In this document: positions 32,997-45,100 of the stretch, piece after piece
Position numbering within the stretch: the first letter of the stretch is position 1
Layout of the letters: each line of letters begins with the position of its first letter
Source of the DNA: an uncultured Nitrospinota bacterium
GTDB lineage: Bacteria; Tectomicrobia; Entotheonellia; J063; CAVPRW01
NCBI GenBank assembly: GCA_963707985.1
Contig: CAVPRW010000029.1
Span: 74,815 to 138,814 of the forward strand
DNA length: 64,000 bases
Direction of reading: 5' to 3'
Notes under the pieces: generated by a model
What the model saw: the letters and a program-made list of their open reading frames with translations, nothing else
Told to the model about the DNA's origin: nothing
Database searches by the model: none
Translations under genes and position numbers: made by a program

Positions 32997-35807
32997 GCAG
33001 GGATGGCAGCGCTGTGGCTGTGTGGTGGTATCGGTGTGCCTGATATCATGGGTAGGTCTCTTCGCCGGATGCGAGAAGGCTGGCGGAGGCGGCGAGCAAA
33101 CTACCGGGGGAACCCCAACCACGCCAACGCCTCCGACCACGCCAACGCCTCCAACGCCACCGACGCCGCCAGAGCCTCCGACACCGCCAAGCCCCAGCCC
33201 TGTCGCCGGCATTAAGCTCACGGCAGGGCAGACGTCGCTTCCAGCCGACGGAGTCAGCTCCACGACCATCACGGTGGAGATCATCACGGCAGACGGCGCA
33301 CCAGCCCCGAATGGCACCGAGGTTACCCTTCGTACCGACATAGGTCGATTTAATATCAATGGAGAGAAATCTATCTTACGGACTACACAAGGGGCTGGTG
33401 TCGTTGTGACACCGTTTCTAAGTGAGCAGAATGTATCCGGCACGGCTACCATCGTTGCCAGCGCGGGAGGCGTGACCCAGAGCCTGCAGTTCATTTTTAC
33501 ACCTACGACTCCCATCCCTCCCCCCCAGTGAAGATAGCGGGCATCACCTTAGAGGTCGCGGCCAAGACCTTGGTGGCCGATGGTGTATCTTCAACGACGA
33601 TTACCGCAGCATTGACGACAACCGCAGGCACCGCTGCCCCCGACGGCGTGACGGTCAATTTCATGACCGACAAGGGCCGCTTCACGACCGATGGCGCTAA
33701 GACCGCCTCTGCTAGCACAATCGGTGGGGATGGCAAGGTGTTGATGCCATTCATCAGTGAGCTGGGGGTGGTTGGCACGGCTACGATCGTTGCGAGCGTC
33801 GGTGTGATTACCCAGAACGTTCAGCTGGCCTTAATCCCCTCAAGTACAGGTCCTGGTCCTGGTCCTGTTACGCCTGGATCGATTGTAGGGATCAGGTTAA
33901 CTGCTGGGTCTAATGCCCTGGTGGCCAATGGCACAAGTTCAACCACGATCACTGCAGCTTTGATTACGACTGCAGGTACAGCCGCCCCAGATGGTGTGAC
34001 CGTCAATTTTATAACCGACAAAGGCCGCTTTTCGACGGACGGTGCAAAAGTCGCTGCGGCCACTACCAGCGGCGGCTCTGGCGGCGTCGCTGTGCCGTTC
34101 ATCAGCGAGCCAGAAGTCGTAGGCACCGCCACCATCGTAGCCAATGTCGGTGGGATAGCCCAGAGTACCCAGATCGCTCTCACGGGTGCGGGTGCTCCTG
34201 CCACGATCATCCTCGGAGCAGATTCCACGACGATCTCAATTTTCGGTACCACCGGCATCACTGTGCAGGTGCTCGACGACGACGGCAATCCTGTTGCCGA
34301 CGGGACCGCGGTGTTTTTCAACACTAGCCTGGTCGGCACCGGGGTAACGCTAAGTGATACCACTGTCGGTGGCTTTGCCAGCGCAATTTTTTCGGCAGGG
34401 ACGCAATCGGGGGTCGCTACTGTCATGGCCAGCTCCGGCGCGGTCTCAGCCACCGTTTCCATCACGATTGCATCAGGACCGGCAGGAAGTCTTGAGTTCG
34501 TCTCGGCACTGCCAACGCTCATCGGCGTCAAGGGATCGGCCTTACCACAGAAGTCAACCATCACGTTCAGAGTCCGCGATGTCAATGGCAATCCGGTCAC
34601 GGATGGCACCCTCGTGACATTTACGCTCATCAGCGGCGTTAGTGGGGGAGAGACGCTCGAACCGGCGCAAGCAGGAACTACTGCTGGACTGGCATCCACC
34701 GTTCTGACCAGTGGCACGGTATCAGGACCGGTACGCGTGCAGGCGAAGGTGACCGTAGGAACGGTCACCCTGACTAGTACCTCGACTAATGTCAGCATTG
34801 CCGGTGGTGCACCTTCTGGAGCGCATTTTGGGGTTGCGCCATCCTTCAGGAATATTGCCGGCCTGGTGACCCAGGGGATTATCTGTCCGGTTGCAACCGT
34901 TGCCGGGGACCGGTTTGGTAACCCCGTGCCCCAGAACACCGCGGTGTCGTTCTTTACCAATGGCGGCGTGGTTGCACCGCAGGGGCTTACCGATGAGATC
35001 GGGAATGCCTTTAGCGCAATCAAGACTGGGCCGCCCACTCCACATGTTGGAACCATTACCAATTTTTCCGATCCGCGGACCGGCATGGTCACCCTGATTG
35101 CGGTCACGCAGGGCGAGGAAACCTTCATCGACTCCAATGGAAACGGCCTCTTCGACGGTCCCCAGGAATTTGACCCGAGCGATCCCGAGCTTGACACCCC
35201 TGAGCCCTTCATCGATCATATTGCTCTCTGCCTTCCGGCTGCATGCCCACCTAATCCCGTGAATCCGCCCATTCTTTCCGGTAACAATCAATTCGATCCC
35301 ACCGACCGCTTCGAGTTATTTATCGATTCCAATAAGAATGGCACATGGGATCCACCGAATGGTGTATGGGATGCCAATAAGCCTATTTTTGCCCCTACGA
35401 CGGTGTTGTTTACAGGACCAACACAACTGTCCATCGGTGTGCTACAGGCTGATGGGTCGTGCTCTGGTAATCCATCCGGGTTCAACGTACCCGACGGAGG
35501 TTCCTCTCAGGCCTTCTGCTTCCTGGTGAGGGATCCTGCGGGTCGACCGCTTGTCGGTGGCACGCAAATCCGTGTGACCACAAGCGCGGGGGCAATTTCC
35601 GGAACCAGTAGCCTCGACCTCCCGGACACACAGCGCGGAGGCCCTGGCATCACATTCTTCACGTTTGCGGTGGTGGATGATGATCCCGGTGATACCGATC
35701 CGCCAGCTGATGCCCTGGTCACGGTGAGTATCATCTCACCCAGCAGCACGACCTGTCCCGGTGGCAACGGTAATCTGGCGGTTTCGTTCGCCGGGCAAGT
35801 GGATTGA
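32986..35807 (+). CDS. Large Ig-like (Big-1/invasin-type) repeat lipoprotein, split at a C7 tract (33520-33526)
   Basis: FAGC lipobox, Pro/Thr stalk, repeated ADGVSSTTIT..APDG..V.F.TDKGRF domains, DxNxNG motifs. Confidence 0.75.
33110..33201 (+). repeat. Pro-Thr low-complexity repeat
   Basis: Imperfect ACGCCA/CCG repeats encoding TPTTPTPPTTPTPP. Confidence 0.85.
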
Positions 35808-35914
35808 ATTCTCTGGCCGGTAGAGGACGCGACGCCTTGTGGGGATATACCCTCGGGCGTCCAGGATCAGGCAGGCCTACGCGGGGCGGCAATGCCGATC
35901 AAGACCACCGGCCT

Positions 35915-36030
35915 GCGATGGGTGCAGAAGACAGCCAATAGAGCCAATGCCCACATTGCCAGTGTAAGATGGCGAGACTACTCCACCTACAGACGTCGCT
36001 ATGTTCCAGCGCATGCCCAAGATGTTAGTG
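35915..36030 (-). mobile_element. IS701-family transposase C-terminal remnant
   Basis: RHLTLAMWALALLAV resembles the IS701 W.RHITLAM motif. Confidence 0.45.
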
Positions 36031-36214
36031 CCAACCCGTCAGCTGCGTCGAACTTTTAGCGCATACGCCGCAACATATTCTGTACACCATCGGGAGACCA
36101 TCCCCTGTTATTTTGATCAACAACTATTGTGGCTGTACGCCGGCAGGACACCAGAGTACTAACTAGGATGATAGACTAGAGAAATGCGAAGGATCTAAGT
36201 TTCGAATTGAACGA

Positions 36215-36853
36215 ATGAAAGGAGAGAGAATGCTCATACAGGTAGTGTTCTGTTTTTTAGTTTTTTTAGTCGGGTGTGCTCAGGTTCCGAAACCATCAAC
36301 GTATCCTTACACTCTTCAGCAGTATATGCAAGCCGCACATCACTGGGATGTGCTTGCCACGCAAATAGTTGGGCAGCTCATAGCAGGACTTAAAAGTGGG
36401 TCTATTCCTTCGACAGAGTGGGTCTATGTCGAGGATCATGGGTATAGATCGCCCTTCAACCAGGCTTTCCGCAGCTTTCTTATTACAGAGCTTAGAAAGC
36501 AGAATCTTGCGGTCTCATCCAATCCAAACAATCCCCTCAAGATAGATTGGGATGTTCAGCTTGTAGTCCATAATGCATACAGGCGAAACCCTCATTCTCT
36601 CGGTCTGCTTGGTTACCTCGCACTTGGTTTGGATGTCTGGCAGGGAACCTACGACGGGCCGTTGCCTCACAGTGAGGTCATCATCAATACTACGATTACC
36701 GACGATGGACTGGTCTGGTTGCGCGATTCAACTGTCTTTTATATCAACGACGAGGACCAGGAGCATTATGTTTATGTGTTAAGACCTGCTGCCCCGCAAA
36801 AGACTTATGCCGTGGTTGGATGCCCACCAGACGATTTATGCCGTGATCGATAG
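36215..36853 (+). CDS. Hypothetical lipoprotein
   Basis: LVGC lipobox, QAAHHWDVLA; lower GC than flanking genes. Confidence 0.7.
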   Translation: MKGERMLIQVVFCFLVFLVGCAQVPKPSTYPYTLQQYMQAAHHWDVLATQIVGQLIAGLKSGSIPSTEWVYVEDHGYRSPFNQAFRSFLITELRKQNLAVSSNPNNPLKIDWDVQLVVHNAYRRNPHSLGLLGYLALGLDVWQGTYDGPLPHSEVIINTTITDDGLVWLRDSTVFYINDEDQEHYVYVLRPAAPQKTYAVVGCPPDDLCRDR

Positions 36854-36879
36854 CTAAGCCAGAGAGGAGGAATGGAGAG

Positions 36880-37482
36880 GTGTACATACGTCCGACAGCC
36901 CTAGGTGTTGTTGCAGTCTACTTATCGCTGATCATGGGGTGTGCATCTCAACAGACACCGCATGGCGTGGTTTATGACGATGGTAACCTGGTTGCGGTTG
37001 CATACATGATAGCGGATAACCTGGCCAAAGCCGAATGGTTCAACCAACTCATCGGGACACCGGACCCGTTGATTGTTGCAAGCTTCGTAAACGTCAATAA
37101 CTTAGAGGAGTCTTCAAGTTTCGGACGGATACTTTCAGAACAAATAGGCTCACGCTTTGTCCAAAGAGGTCACAAGGTCATTGAGCTGAAGTTGAGGCAA
37201 GAGTCGATCTTTATTCGGGAAGGCAATGGCGAGTTCCTGCTCAGTCGCGACATCCGAGAGCTCAGCAAGACCTATAACGCCGCAGCCGTGGTGGTAGGCA
37301 CCTATGCGGAAGGGGTTGACAGGCTGTATGTCTCGGCACGGACCCTCCGTCCCGCAGATAATATGATCATCTCTACCTACGACGTTGGCATAGTGATGAA
37401 CCCCGTAGCCATGAGCGTTCTCCTCAACCGCGACAATGTTCGTTGGGACTATCCTCTCTACGAGCAAGAAGCATGGCGATAA
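36880..37482 (+). CDS. FlgO-family outer membrane lipoprotein
   Basis: IMGC lipobox; VASFVNVNNLEESSSFGRILSEQ, GEFLLSR, VVVGTY. Confidence 0.8.
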   Translation: MYIRPTALGVVAVYLSLIMGCASQQTPHGVVYDDGNLVAVAYMIADNLAKAEWFNQLIGTPDPLIVASFVNVNNLEESSSFGRILSEQIGSRFVQRGHKVIELKLRQESIFIREGNGEFLLSRDIRELSKTYNAAAVVVGTYAEGVDRLYVSARTLRPADNMIISTYDVGIVMNPVAMSVLLNRDNVRWDYPLYEQEAWR

Positions 37483-37846
37483 GCCTAGTCCAACACCGCG
37501 CTTGGCTATCGGAGCAGGCTCATTACCGCTGCTGACGGTTCAACATCAACATTGCGAAACTCAACAGTTGGTGTTCTTTCCCCGGGCCCGCATCATTGCC
37601 GTGTCCACCCGCATGACACATACCTCGTGATATTTGCCCCGAAGCTCTAGGCAGACGAAGTTCGCCTGGTGCTCACCATAGCCGATCACGGGACTGATCT
37701 CCACAGAGAACGCTAATCCATCCCGCCCACGCACCCCGCTTGCACCCGTTCTCAAAGTTGAGTACAGTGGATTTTATGGGGACTTCTGGAGCACTAGCCC
37801 TCATCCGACGACGCTATGGCTAGATCCACCGCAGGAGAGCATTTAC

Positions 37847-38095
37847 ATGAAGGTCAAAACGAAATTCTTCGCTGCTATCAAGGACATTGTAGGAACTCCG
37901 GAGGTCGAGCTCGAACTTCCCGACGGCATCACGGCTGGGGATCTCTTTCAACAGTATTGTCAGCAACATACACCGCTGATCCGCTACGCCAATAATACCA
38001 TGATCTCCGTTAATCTCGAGTTTGTTCCCCCCGAAACGGCCTTGCATGAGGGCGATGAGATCGCCTTCATTCCACCTGTGAGCGGGGGAAATTAG
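37847..38095 (+). CDS. moaD: Molybdopterin synthase sulfur carrier
   Basis: GDEIAFIPPVSGG C-terminus. Confidence 0.9.
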   Translation: MKVKTKFFAAIKDIVGTPEVELELPDGITAGDLFQQYCQQHTPLIRYANNTMISVNLEFVPPETALHEGDEIAFIPPVSGGN

Positions 38096-38131
38096 ACCAC
38101 AGCACCCAGATCAATCGCTGAGGATATTGCC

Positions 38132-38542
38132 ATGATCGACATTGTTGACACAGATATCGAGATAGAGCCATTGGTGCAAGACGTGCGCAAGAACTCGAAT
38201 GGTGCGGTCGTTACCTTTTTGGGGGTGGTGCGAGGGTTCTCACGCGGCCGCAATGTGCTCTACCTGGAGTACGAGGCCTATCGCGAGATGGCGGTGCGCA
38301 AGCTACAGCAGGTTGCGGACGAGGTGCGGGAGAAATGGACCATCGATGATATTGCCATGGTGCACCGGGTCGGACACCTCGAAGTCGGCGAGCGCAGCGT
38401 GGCCATCGCCGTCGGGGCCCCCCATCGTAAAGCGGCCTTCGAAGCCTGCGAATATGCCATCGATCGCCTGAAGGAAATCGTCCCTATCTGGAAGAAAGAA
38501 GTCTGGGAAGGGGGAGAGGCCTGGATCGACGACCGCCCGTGA
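38132..38542 (+). CDS. moaE: Molybdopterin synthase catalytic subunit
   Basis: GAVVTFLGVVR, HRVG, PIWKKE. Confidence 0.93.
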   Translation: MIDIVDTDIEIEPLVQDVRKNSNGAVVTFLGVVRGFSRGRNVLYLEYEAYREMAVRKLQQVADEVREKWTIDDIAMVHRVGHLEVGERSVAIAVGAPHRKAAFEACEYAIDRLKEIVPIWKKEVWEGGEAWIDDRP

Positions 38543-38610
38543 CCATCACAGGGGGCAGAGATGGCCTTTGATTGGCGGACTGATGAGATTGGCTCACGAA
38601 TGGCGGATTT

Positions 38611-39733
38611 ATGACCGTGCTCTCGGTTGGTGCAGCTCTGTCGCAGACCGGTATGTATGCGCTGCAAGGACAGCAGGCCCTGCAGGGGCTCCGTTTATGG
38701 GTTGAGGAAACGAACGCACACGGAGGGCTCTTTGTCCCGGAGCTTCGTCAGGCCGTTTCGCTTCGGCTCATCGCTTATGATGATCACAGCCGACGCGCTG
38801 ACGTGGAGCAGCTGACGACACGTCTCATCAGTGTCGATCGGGTGGATTTCCTGATCGGGCCGTATAGCAGCGGCCTGGCGCACGCCGCCGCAGCGATCGC
38901 GGAGGCATATCAGAAGGTCCTATGGAACCATGGTGGCTCGTCAGACGCCATTATGCACCAGGGCTTCCGCTGGTCGGTGCATCTCCCTACCCCTGCCAGT
39001 GGCTATTTCGCCGGACTCTTTGCCTGCCTCCTCAGGCATGGGGCGGAGGCGGGGCGCGTCGCCATCGTCAAGCGCCGCCGCGGGACATTTTCGACCGCAG
39101 TCGGCGATGGCGCCAAGCAGCAAGCAGAGCGTGGCGGCTTCACCATGCTGCCCCCCTTTGTCTATCCCGACGATCCCAACCACCTTGCAAGTCTTGCGGA
39201 AACGCTTGCGGCGGCCGATCCGACGGTGCTCATCGCCGTGGGACGTTACGACGACGACGTGGCCCTGGTCCGAACCATGAGGCAAATGTCCTGCTGGGGT
39301 CAAGACTGTCGCGGCAGTTGGGGCGGCCATGCAGGCCTTTTGGAATGACCTGGAAGCGATGGCCGACGGCTGTATTGGGCCAAGTCAATGGGAGCCAGGA
39401 GCCGCGGGAACCCCTGACGTGGGGCCGTCTTCGGCCGTGTTTATCGAGTGCTTCCGCCAGCGTTTCGGCCAGATTCCTGATTATCCTGCAGCGCAGGCCT
39501 ATGCGGCTGGATTGATTCTCCAGCGCTGCGTGATGTTGGGGGGTACCTGTGTCGATGCCGACCTGCGCGCGACTGCCGCTAGGCTGACGTGTCGGACATT
39601 CTATGGGAACTTTCGTGTCGATTCCCAAACCGGTGAACAAGTCGGTCATGAGGCGGTGTTGGGACAGTGGCAGGGAGGTCAGAAAAGGGTGGTGTGGCCG
39701 GCGGACCTAGCGCAGGCGAGGCTCAAATTCTGA
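38611..39733 (+). CDS. LivJ-like periplasmic binding protein; frameshift near 39290
   Basis: LSQTG.Y, IGPYSSG, YAAG.IL, TFYGNF, QWQ motifs. Confidence 0.75.
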
Positions 39734-40106
39734 GCCCGAGTGTCTCGAGGGCCTCCGGGGGTAGATTGTCGTGGGCGAGATCGATGGCGACCCAGAGGAC
39801 ATTGCGCCCGATCTCTTCGTTCTGGACCAGAATTTTCAGGCCCCAATCTCCGCCGTAGATGATCACCCCTTCATCGCCTTCGGCGATGACCCGTTGGGCA
39901 TAAGCGGAGACGGAACGTCCCCCCTCCTGGCTTGACCAGCCTCGGATGTCTGCCCAGACCAACTCTTCCGTCAGCATCTCTGCCCCGTCGAGCATGGTAT
40001 TCCAACGCACACGGACGCGGGAGATCTCGACCGGAGGTGAAACTTCCTGCAGCTCGGTCGGTTCGAGGTCAACACAATTGGCATTGCCCTCGACGCGTAG
40101 GATCAT
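39723..40106 (-). CDS. Hypothetical protein, co-oriented 12 nt after the mutase gene
   Basis: 127 aa ORF with ATG start and ordinary composition. Confidence 0.65.
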   Translation of the reverse strand: MILRVEGNANCVDLEPTELQEVSPPVEISRVRVRWNTMLDGAEMLTEELVWADIRGWSSQEGGRSVSAYAQRVIAEGDEGVIIYGGDWGLKILVQNEEIGRNVLWVAIDLAHDNLPPEALETLGLRI

Positions 40107-40118
40107 GGCCAGCCTCGT

Positions 40119-41798
40119 TTACAGCTCCAGCGGTTCTTCGTATTCGCCAAACACTTCTTTGAGGGTGTTGCAAATTTCGCCCACGGTGGCGTAAGCCTTG
40201 GCGGCGTCGATCAGCGGAGGCATCAGGTTAGCTTTATCGACGGCGGCTTTGCGCAATGCCTCGAGCGCGCTCTGCCAACGCGCCTGATCGCGGCTGGCGC
40301 GCAGTTCTTGCACACGCTCGATCTGGTGCTTCTCAACGGTGGGGTCGATCACCAGGGTTTCCAGCGGCTCTTCTTCGTCCATGACATACTCGTTGACCCC
40401 AACAATCACCCGTTCTTTGCGCTCGATCTCCCGCTGGTACTGCCAGGCCGCCTCGCGGATCTCTCGTTGCGGGAAACCGGTCTCGATGGCGCGGATCATG
40501 CCTCCCAACTCATCGAGCCGACGAAAATAGTCGCTCGCCGCCGCTTCCATGCGGTTGGTCAGTGCCTCCAGATAGTACGAACCACCGAGCGGATCCACGA
40601 CATTGGTGACGCCGCTTTCATGGGCGATGATCTGCTGCGTCCGCAAGGCGATGCGGGCTGCCAGCTCGGTGGGCAGGGCATAGGCTTCATCAAGCGCATT
40701 GGTGTGCAGGGATTGGGTGCCGCCCAGGACACCTGCCAGCGCTTGGATGGCCACACGCACCACATTGTTATAGGGCTGCTGGACCGTGAGGCTTTCACCG
40801 CTGGTCTGTGTATGGAAGCGCAGCCGTAGTGAGCGTTCGTCTTTCGGCTGAAAGCGCTTTTGCAGTTCCTGCGCCCATAGCCGTCGGGCCGCACGATACT
40901 TCGCGATCTCTTCGAAAAAATCGTTGTGCGCGTTGAAGAAAAACGACAACCGGGGGGCAAAATCGTCGATGTCCAGCCCAGCCTTGATGGCCTCCTCGAT
41001 GTAGGTAAAACCATCGTACAGGGTGAAGGCCAGCTCTTGAGCTGCCGTGGCGCCGGCCTCGCGGATGTGAAAGCCACTGATGCTGATGGTGTTCCAGCGC
41101 GGCATATGCTCGGTACACCAGGCGATCATATCGGTGATGATGCGCATTGACGGCCTGATGGGATAGATCCACTCTTTTTGGGCGATGTACTCTTTGAGAA
41201 TGTCATTTTGCAAGGTCCCGCCGACGGCGGCCAGTGGCACGCCTTGCGCCTCAGCCACAGCCACATACATCGCCAACAACACCGCGGCCGGGGCATTGAT
41301 CGTCATCGAGGTGGTCACCTCTCCCAGCGGGATACCCTCGAACAGCGCCTCCATGTCGCGTAATGATGCCGCAGACACCCCGCATTTCCCGACCTCCCCG
41401 GCTGAGAGAGGATCGTCGGGATCGCAGCCCATCAGTGTCGGCAGATCGAAGGCGACACTCAGCCCTTTGTTGCCCTGCGATAGGAGGTATTTGTAGCGTC
41501 GGTTGGTGTCCTCTGCCGTGCCATACCCGGCAAAGAGGCGCATAGTCCATAGTCGGCCGCGATACATGGAGGCATGTACGCCGCGGGCGTAGGGAAACTC
41601 GCCGGGGAATCCCAGATCACGCTCATAGTCGAAGTCGCGCAGGTCCGCAGGCGTATACACCCCCTGCAGCTCAATGCCGGAGGTATTCTTGAACACCGGT
41701 TTACGCTCAGGCAGACGGCTGATCGCTGGCCTCAGCGTCTGCTCCTCCCAACGGGCCTTGTCGCGCTTCAAGTGATCTGCGTCCTCGCTAGACGTCAT
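40119..41798 (-). CDS. B12-dependent acyl-CoA mutase large subunit, isobutyryl-CoA mutase-like
   Basis: [10 protein letters not shown] and [15 protein letters not shown] (Phe) and KEYIAQKEW (Gln) at the specificity sites; no B12-binding domain. Confidence 0.85.
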   Translation of the reverse strand: MTSSEDADHLKRDKARWEEQTLRPAISRLPERKPVFKNTSGIELQGVYTPADLRDFDYERDLGFPGEFPYARGVHASMYRGRLWTMRLFAGYGTAEDTNRRYKYLLSQGNKGLSVAFDLPTLMGCDPDDPLSAGEVGKCGVSAASLRDMEALFEGIPLGEVTTSMTINAPAAVLLAMYVAVAEAQGVPLAAVGGTLQNDILKEYIAQKEWIYPIRPSMRIITDMIAWCTEHMPRWNTISISGFHIREAGATAAQELAFTLYDGFTYIEEAIKAGLDIDDFAPRLSFFFNAHNDFFEEIAKYRAARRLWAQELQKRFQPKDERSLRLRFHTQTSGESLTVQQPYNNVVRVAIQALAGVLGGTQSLHTNALDEAYALPTELAARIALRTQQIIAHESGVTNVVDPLGGSYYLEALTNRMEAAASDYFRRLDELGGMIRAIETGFPQREIREAAWQYQREIERKERVIVGVNEYVMDEEEPLETLVIDPTVEKHQIERVQELRASRDQARWQSALEALRKAAVDKANLMPPLIDAAKAYATVGEICNTLKEVFGEYEEPLEL

Positions 41799-41823
41799 AC
41801 AGAACCCCTCGGCCAGGGTGGGA

Positions 41824-43002
41824 CTAGATGGACTCTACCACCATTGCCACCGCTTCCCCACCAGCTAGACATAATGAAGCGACGCCTCGACGGGCGCCAC
41901 GACTGCGCATCGCATACAGCAACGTGGTAAGCACACGTGCCCCGGAGGCACCCACGGGATGTCCCAGGGCGACCGCGCCACCGTGTACGTTGACACGGTC
42001 GGCACCGATTCCGAGCTCACGGTTGACCGCCAACGACACGGCGGCGAAGGCTTCGTTGATCTCGAACAGATCGATGTCGCCGAGCCCAAGACCGGCCCTG
42101 GCCAATACCTTCTTGATTGCACCCGCCGGGGCGGTAGTGAACCATTCCGGCTGTTGGGCATGGGTGCTATAGGCCACAACTCGTGCCATCGGTTGCAAGC
42201 CCATCTTGTCGGCGACGTCACGTCCGACGACTACGACAGCGGCAGCGCCGTCATTGATGCTGGAGGCATTCCCCGCAGTGACTTTGCCATCCTGCTTGAA
42301 GGCTGGAGTGAGTTGCGGCAGTCTTTCGAAATTCACTCGCGTGGGCTCTTCATCATGCTCCACCAGCAACGGCTCCCGCCTGCCCTGTGGAACCTGAACC
42401 GGTAAAATCTCCTCCTTGAACAGTCCCTCGCGTTGGGCCTTGATGGCCTTTTGATAGCTGTTCATGGCGAACGCATCCAGTTCCTCGCGGCTGAGCTGAT
42501 AGGTGTCGGCACAGAGCTCGGCGCAGTTCCCCATATGGCAATCGTTGTAGACGTCGATGAGGCCATCTCGGAGCAGACTATCGAGCAATTGGCCATGCCC
42601 CAGACGATAGCCAGAGCGCGCTTTGTCGAGGAGATACGGCGCCTGCGTCATATTCTCCATACCACCCGCGACAACGATGTCGGCATCGCCGCACATGATG
42701 GCTTGCGCCCCTAACATGACCGCTTTTAACCCTGAGCCGCACATTTTGTTGATGGTCAATGCTTCCACCTTCTCGGGCAGACCAGCATAGATACTGGCCT
42801 GCCGAGCTGGGGCTTGTCCCAGTCCGGCAGCGATGACGTTTCCCATGATGACTTCATCGACCGCTTCCTTGGGGATGGCGGCCCGTCGGGTGGCTTCGGC
42901 CACGACCAGAGCCCCGAGCTTGGTGGCAGAGATGCTGCTCAATGCCCCGCTAAGTGAGCCGATGGGCGTTCGCACGGCGCTGACAACGACGACCTCTCGC
43001 AC
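41824..43002 (-). CDS. Acetyl-CoA acetyltransferase (thiolase)
   Basis: [32 protein letters not shown] before GTG 43002. Confidence 0.93.
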   Translation of the reverse strand: MREVVVVSAVRTPIGSLSGALSSISATKLGALVVAEATRRAAIPKEAVDEVIMGNVIAAGLGQAPARQASIYAGLPEKVEALTINKMCGSGLKAVMLGAQAIMCGDADIVVAGGMENMTQAPYLLDKARSGYRLGHGQLLDSLLRDGLIDVYNDCHMGNCAELCADTYQLSREELDAFAMNSYQKAIKAQREGLFKEEILPVQVPQGRREPLLVEHDEEPTRVNFERLPQLTPAFKQDGKVTAGNASSINDGAAAVVVVGRDVADKMGLQPMARVVAYSTHAQQPEWFTTAPAGAIKKVLARAGLGLGDIDLFEINEAFAAVSLAVNRELGIGADRVNVHGGAVALGHPVGASGARVLTTLLYAMRSRGARRGVASLCLAGGEAVAMVVESI

Positions 43003-43380
43003 GATGGCTCTCCTTCTCGTGATGATCTGCTCGACGACCGGAGTGTTCGCCACTTGGGCACACATGGTACCACTCAGTATCGTATCATCCTTTGCGTGAG
43101 CGGGCAATGGGGAACGAGCGGCAGAGGTGTGCAGGACCGGCATTGCGGCAGAGATGAACAAACAATCGTTCGGTAAAAGTATTCTGACGAACGGGGGTGC
43201 AGCCTGTCAAGCTAAATCATGAGCTACGCGAAAAGGGTTGACCGACAGGCCACTTCGTGTAAGATTGGCAATAGTCGATCGGTGCGCTGTCGATGCGCCG
43301 TTTTTTTGCGAAGCCGACCATGACGCATTCGAGCCCGAGCGCGTGTTGGGGATTGTGATGCAGCTCCGGAGAGGGGGTCC

Positions 43381-43644
43381 ATGAGCGAATCTATGCAACC
43401 CGCCAAAACCCTGGATGTGCGTGGCGAACATTGCCCGTACCCGTTGATTAAAGCCCGACAAGAAATCCTCACGCTCAATGCCGGCGACATCCTCAAGGTG
43501 GTGGCGACAGATCGTAACTCCCTGGGGGATATTCAGGGTTGGGCGAAATCGGCCAAAGCCGTGCGTCTGTTGCGCCAGGATACTGAAACGGATGACCAAG
43601 GCCGCGAGGTGTACATCCACTATTTGACACGTGCGCCGTCATAA
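43381..43644 (+). CDS. TusA/SirA-family sulfurtransferase
   Basis: LDVRGEHCPYP motif. Confidence 0.88.
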   Translation: MSESMQPAKTLDVRGEHCPYPLIKARQEILTLNAGDILKVVATDRNSLGDIQGWAKSAKAVRLLRQDTETDDQGREVYIHYLTRAPS

Positions 43645-43720
43645 ACCCTCTGCCTGCCGTCATTTGGGTCGGTTCCACGGCGCAGAATGACTTGGTTGAG
43701 AGCTGTCGAGGAGATTTCTC

Positions 43721-44923
43721 ATGATTAAGGCCTTTTCGACCCTTTTCGCTGGCCACGTGGATTTCGAAGACAAGGGTCAATACGCCACACCGGTCAATGA
43801 GCGCTGGTACTCGAACGACCACCTCGTCACGGTCTTCGACAAGACTCAGGCCATGGCTCAGCTCATGGATGAGCTGGGGTATGACATCTTATGGTATGCC
43901 GAACATCACTTTCAACGTGAAGGGTATGAATGTCTCCCCAATCTGTTAATGTTAAGCGTGCATCTGGCGCACGTGACTAAACGCCTGAAGTTCGGCTGCG
44001 GCTTCAACATTACGCCGATGTGGCATCCGTTGCGGCTCGCCGAAGACTTTGCCGTGGCGGATTACTTGACCAACGGACGGGTGATCTTCGGAGTTGGCCG
44101 CGGCTACCATACGCGTGAGGTGGAAACACTGGGCGGACCACTGCTTGACGCCGAGGCCAATCGCGAGATTTTCGAGGAGCAGGTGGATATCATCTTCAAA
44201 GCGTTTCATCAAGAGTCATTTTCACATCAGGGGAAATACTACACGCTACCACCTCGGGTCCCCTATCGCGGCTACGAGCTTGAAGAGATTACCCTGGTGC
44301 CGCGCCCGTTGCGCCGTCCTGTCGAATGCTGGCAGCCGATCGTGAGCTCCACACCACGAGGTCTGGATTTCATGATCAAGCATCGCATCAGGGGCATCAT
44401 CGGCGGTGGCTCGGCGTTGATGGCTGAGGCGCCTATATACGCCTATCGCGAGGCAGCTCAACGAGCTGGCATCGACCTCAAGCTTGGCGAAGACCTGTGT
44501 ATCGGTGTGTCATTTCACCTTGCCGATACACGCGAAAAGGCGATGCGCGAAGCCACGCCGTTCTACGAGGAGTATGTCAAAATGTTTGGCCCGCTGGGGT
44601 TCGTGCGGGGATTAACCCCCGAGCAGGTTACGGCCATTGGTCGCCGTGGCGGTTGGGCCGAGGCGCGCATTCCCACATTGGAAGATGCGGTTAAAGCCGG
44701 ATCGTGGTACTGCGGGCCCCCTGAAGGGTTCATCGATTACCTGAAAAGTATGGAAGAAAAGTATCCAGGCTTGGAATACGTGAATGTCGCCTCTAGCAGC
44801 GTGGGCACACCCACGAAGGTCATTCTTGAGCAGCTGAGCTGGTTTGCCAAAGAAGTGATGCCGGTGTTCAAAGCGACGCCAGCCAAGCCACTGGAAGTAG
44901 GGGCCTCGACCACGGGGCGATAA
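43721..44923 (+). CDS. LLM-class flavin-dependent oxidoreductase
   Basis: AEHHF, HPLRLAED, FGVGRGY. Confidence 0.9.
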   Translation: MIKAFSTLFAGHVDFEDKGQYATPVNERWYSNDHLVTVFDKTQAMAQLMDELGYDILWYAEHHFQREGYECLPNLLMLSVHLAHVTKRLKFGCGFNITPMWHPLRLAEDFAVADYLTNGRVIFGVGRGYHTREVETLGGPLLDAEANREIFEEQVDIIFKAFHQESFSHQGKYYTLPPRVPYRGYELEEITLVPRPLRRPVECWQPIVSSTPRGLDFMIKHRIRGIIGGGSALMAEAPIYAYREAAQRAGIDLKLGEDLCIGVSFHLADTREKAMREATPFYEEYVKMFGPLGFVRGLTPEQVTAIGRRGGWAEARIPTLEDAVKAGSWYCGPPEGFIDYLKSMEEKYPGLEYVNVASSSVGTPTKVILEQLSWFAKEVMPVFKATPAKPLEVGASTTGR

Positions 44924-45100
44924 GTGGCAGTTTCTCCCTCCGGTGCGCTGATGGAACAGCGCTGCACATCGTCGGGCGATGCCCGCGGAGGGTAGGCCGT
45001 TCGGGAGGGGCAGGCATGATAGATGCGACCCTGAGTTACCGTAGACGCTTGCACACTATCATCGTCATGGCTCTGATAGGAGTGCTCTGGTTCAGGGTTT

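Noticed and set aside
32964..35212. Long antisense ORFs (183 and 463 aa) opposite the Ig-repeat gene
   Set aside because: Shadow frames of Thr/Gly/Val-rich coding sequence with no motifs.
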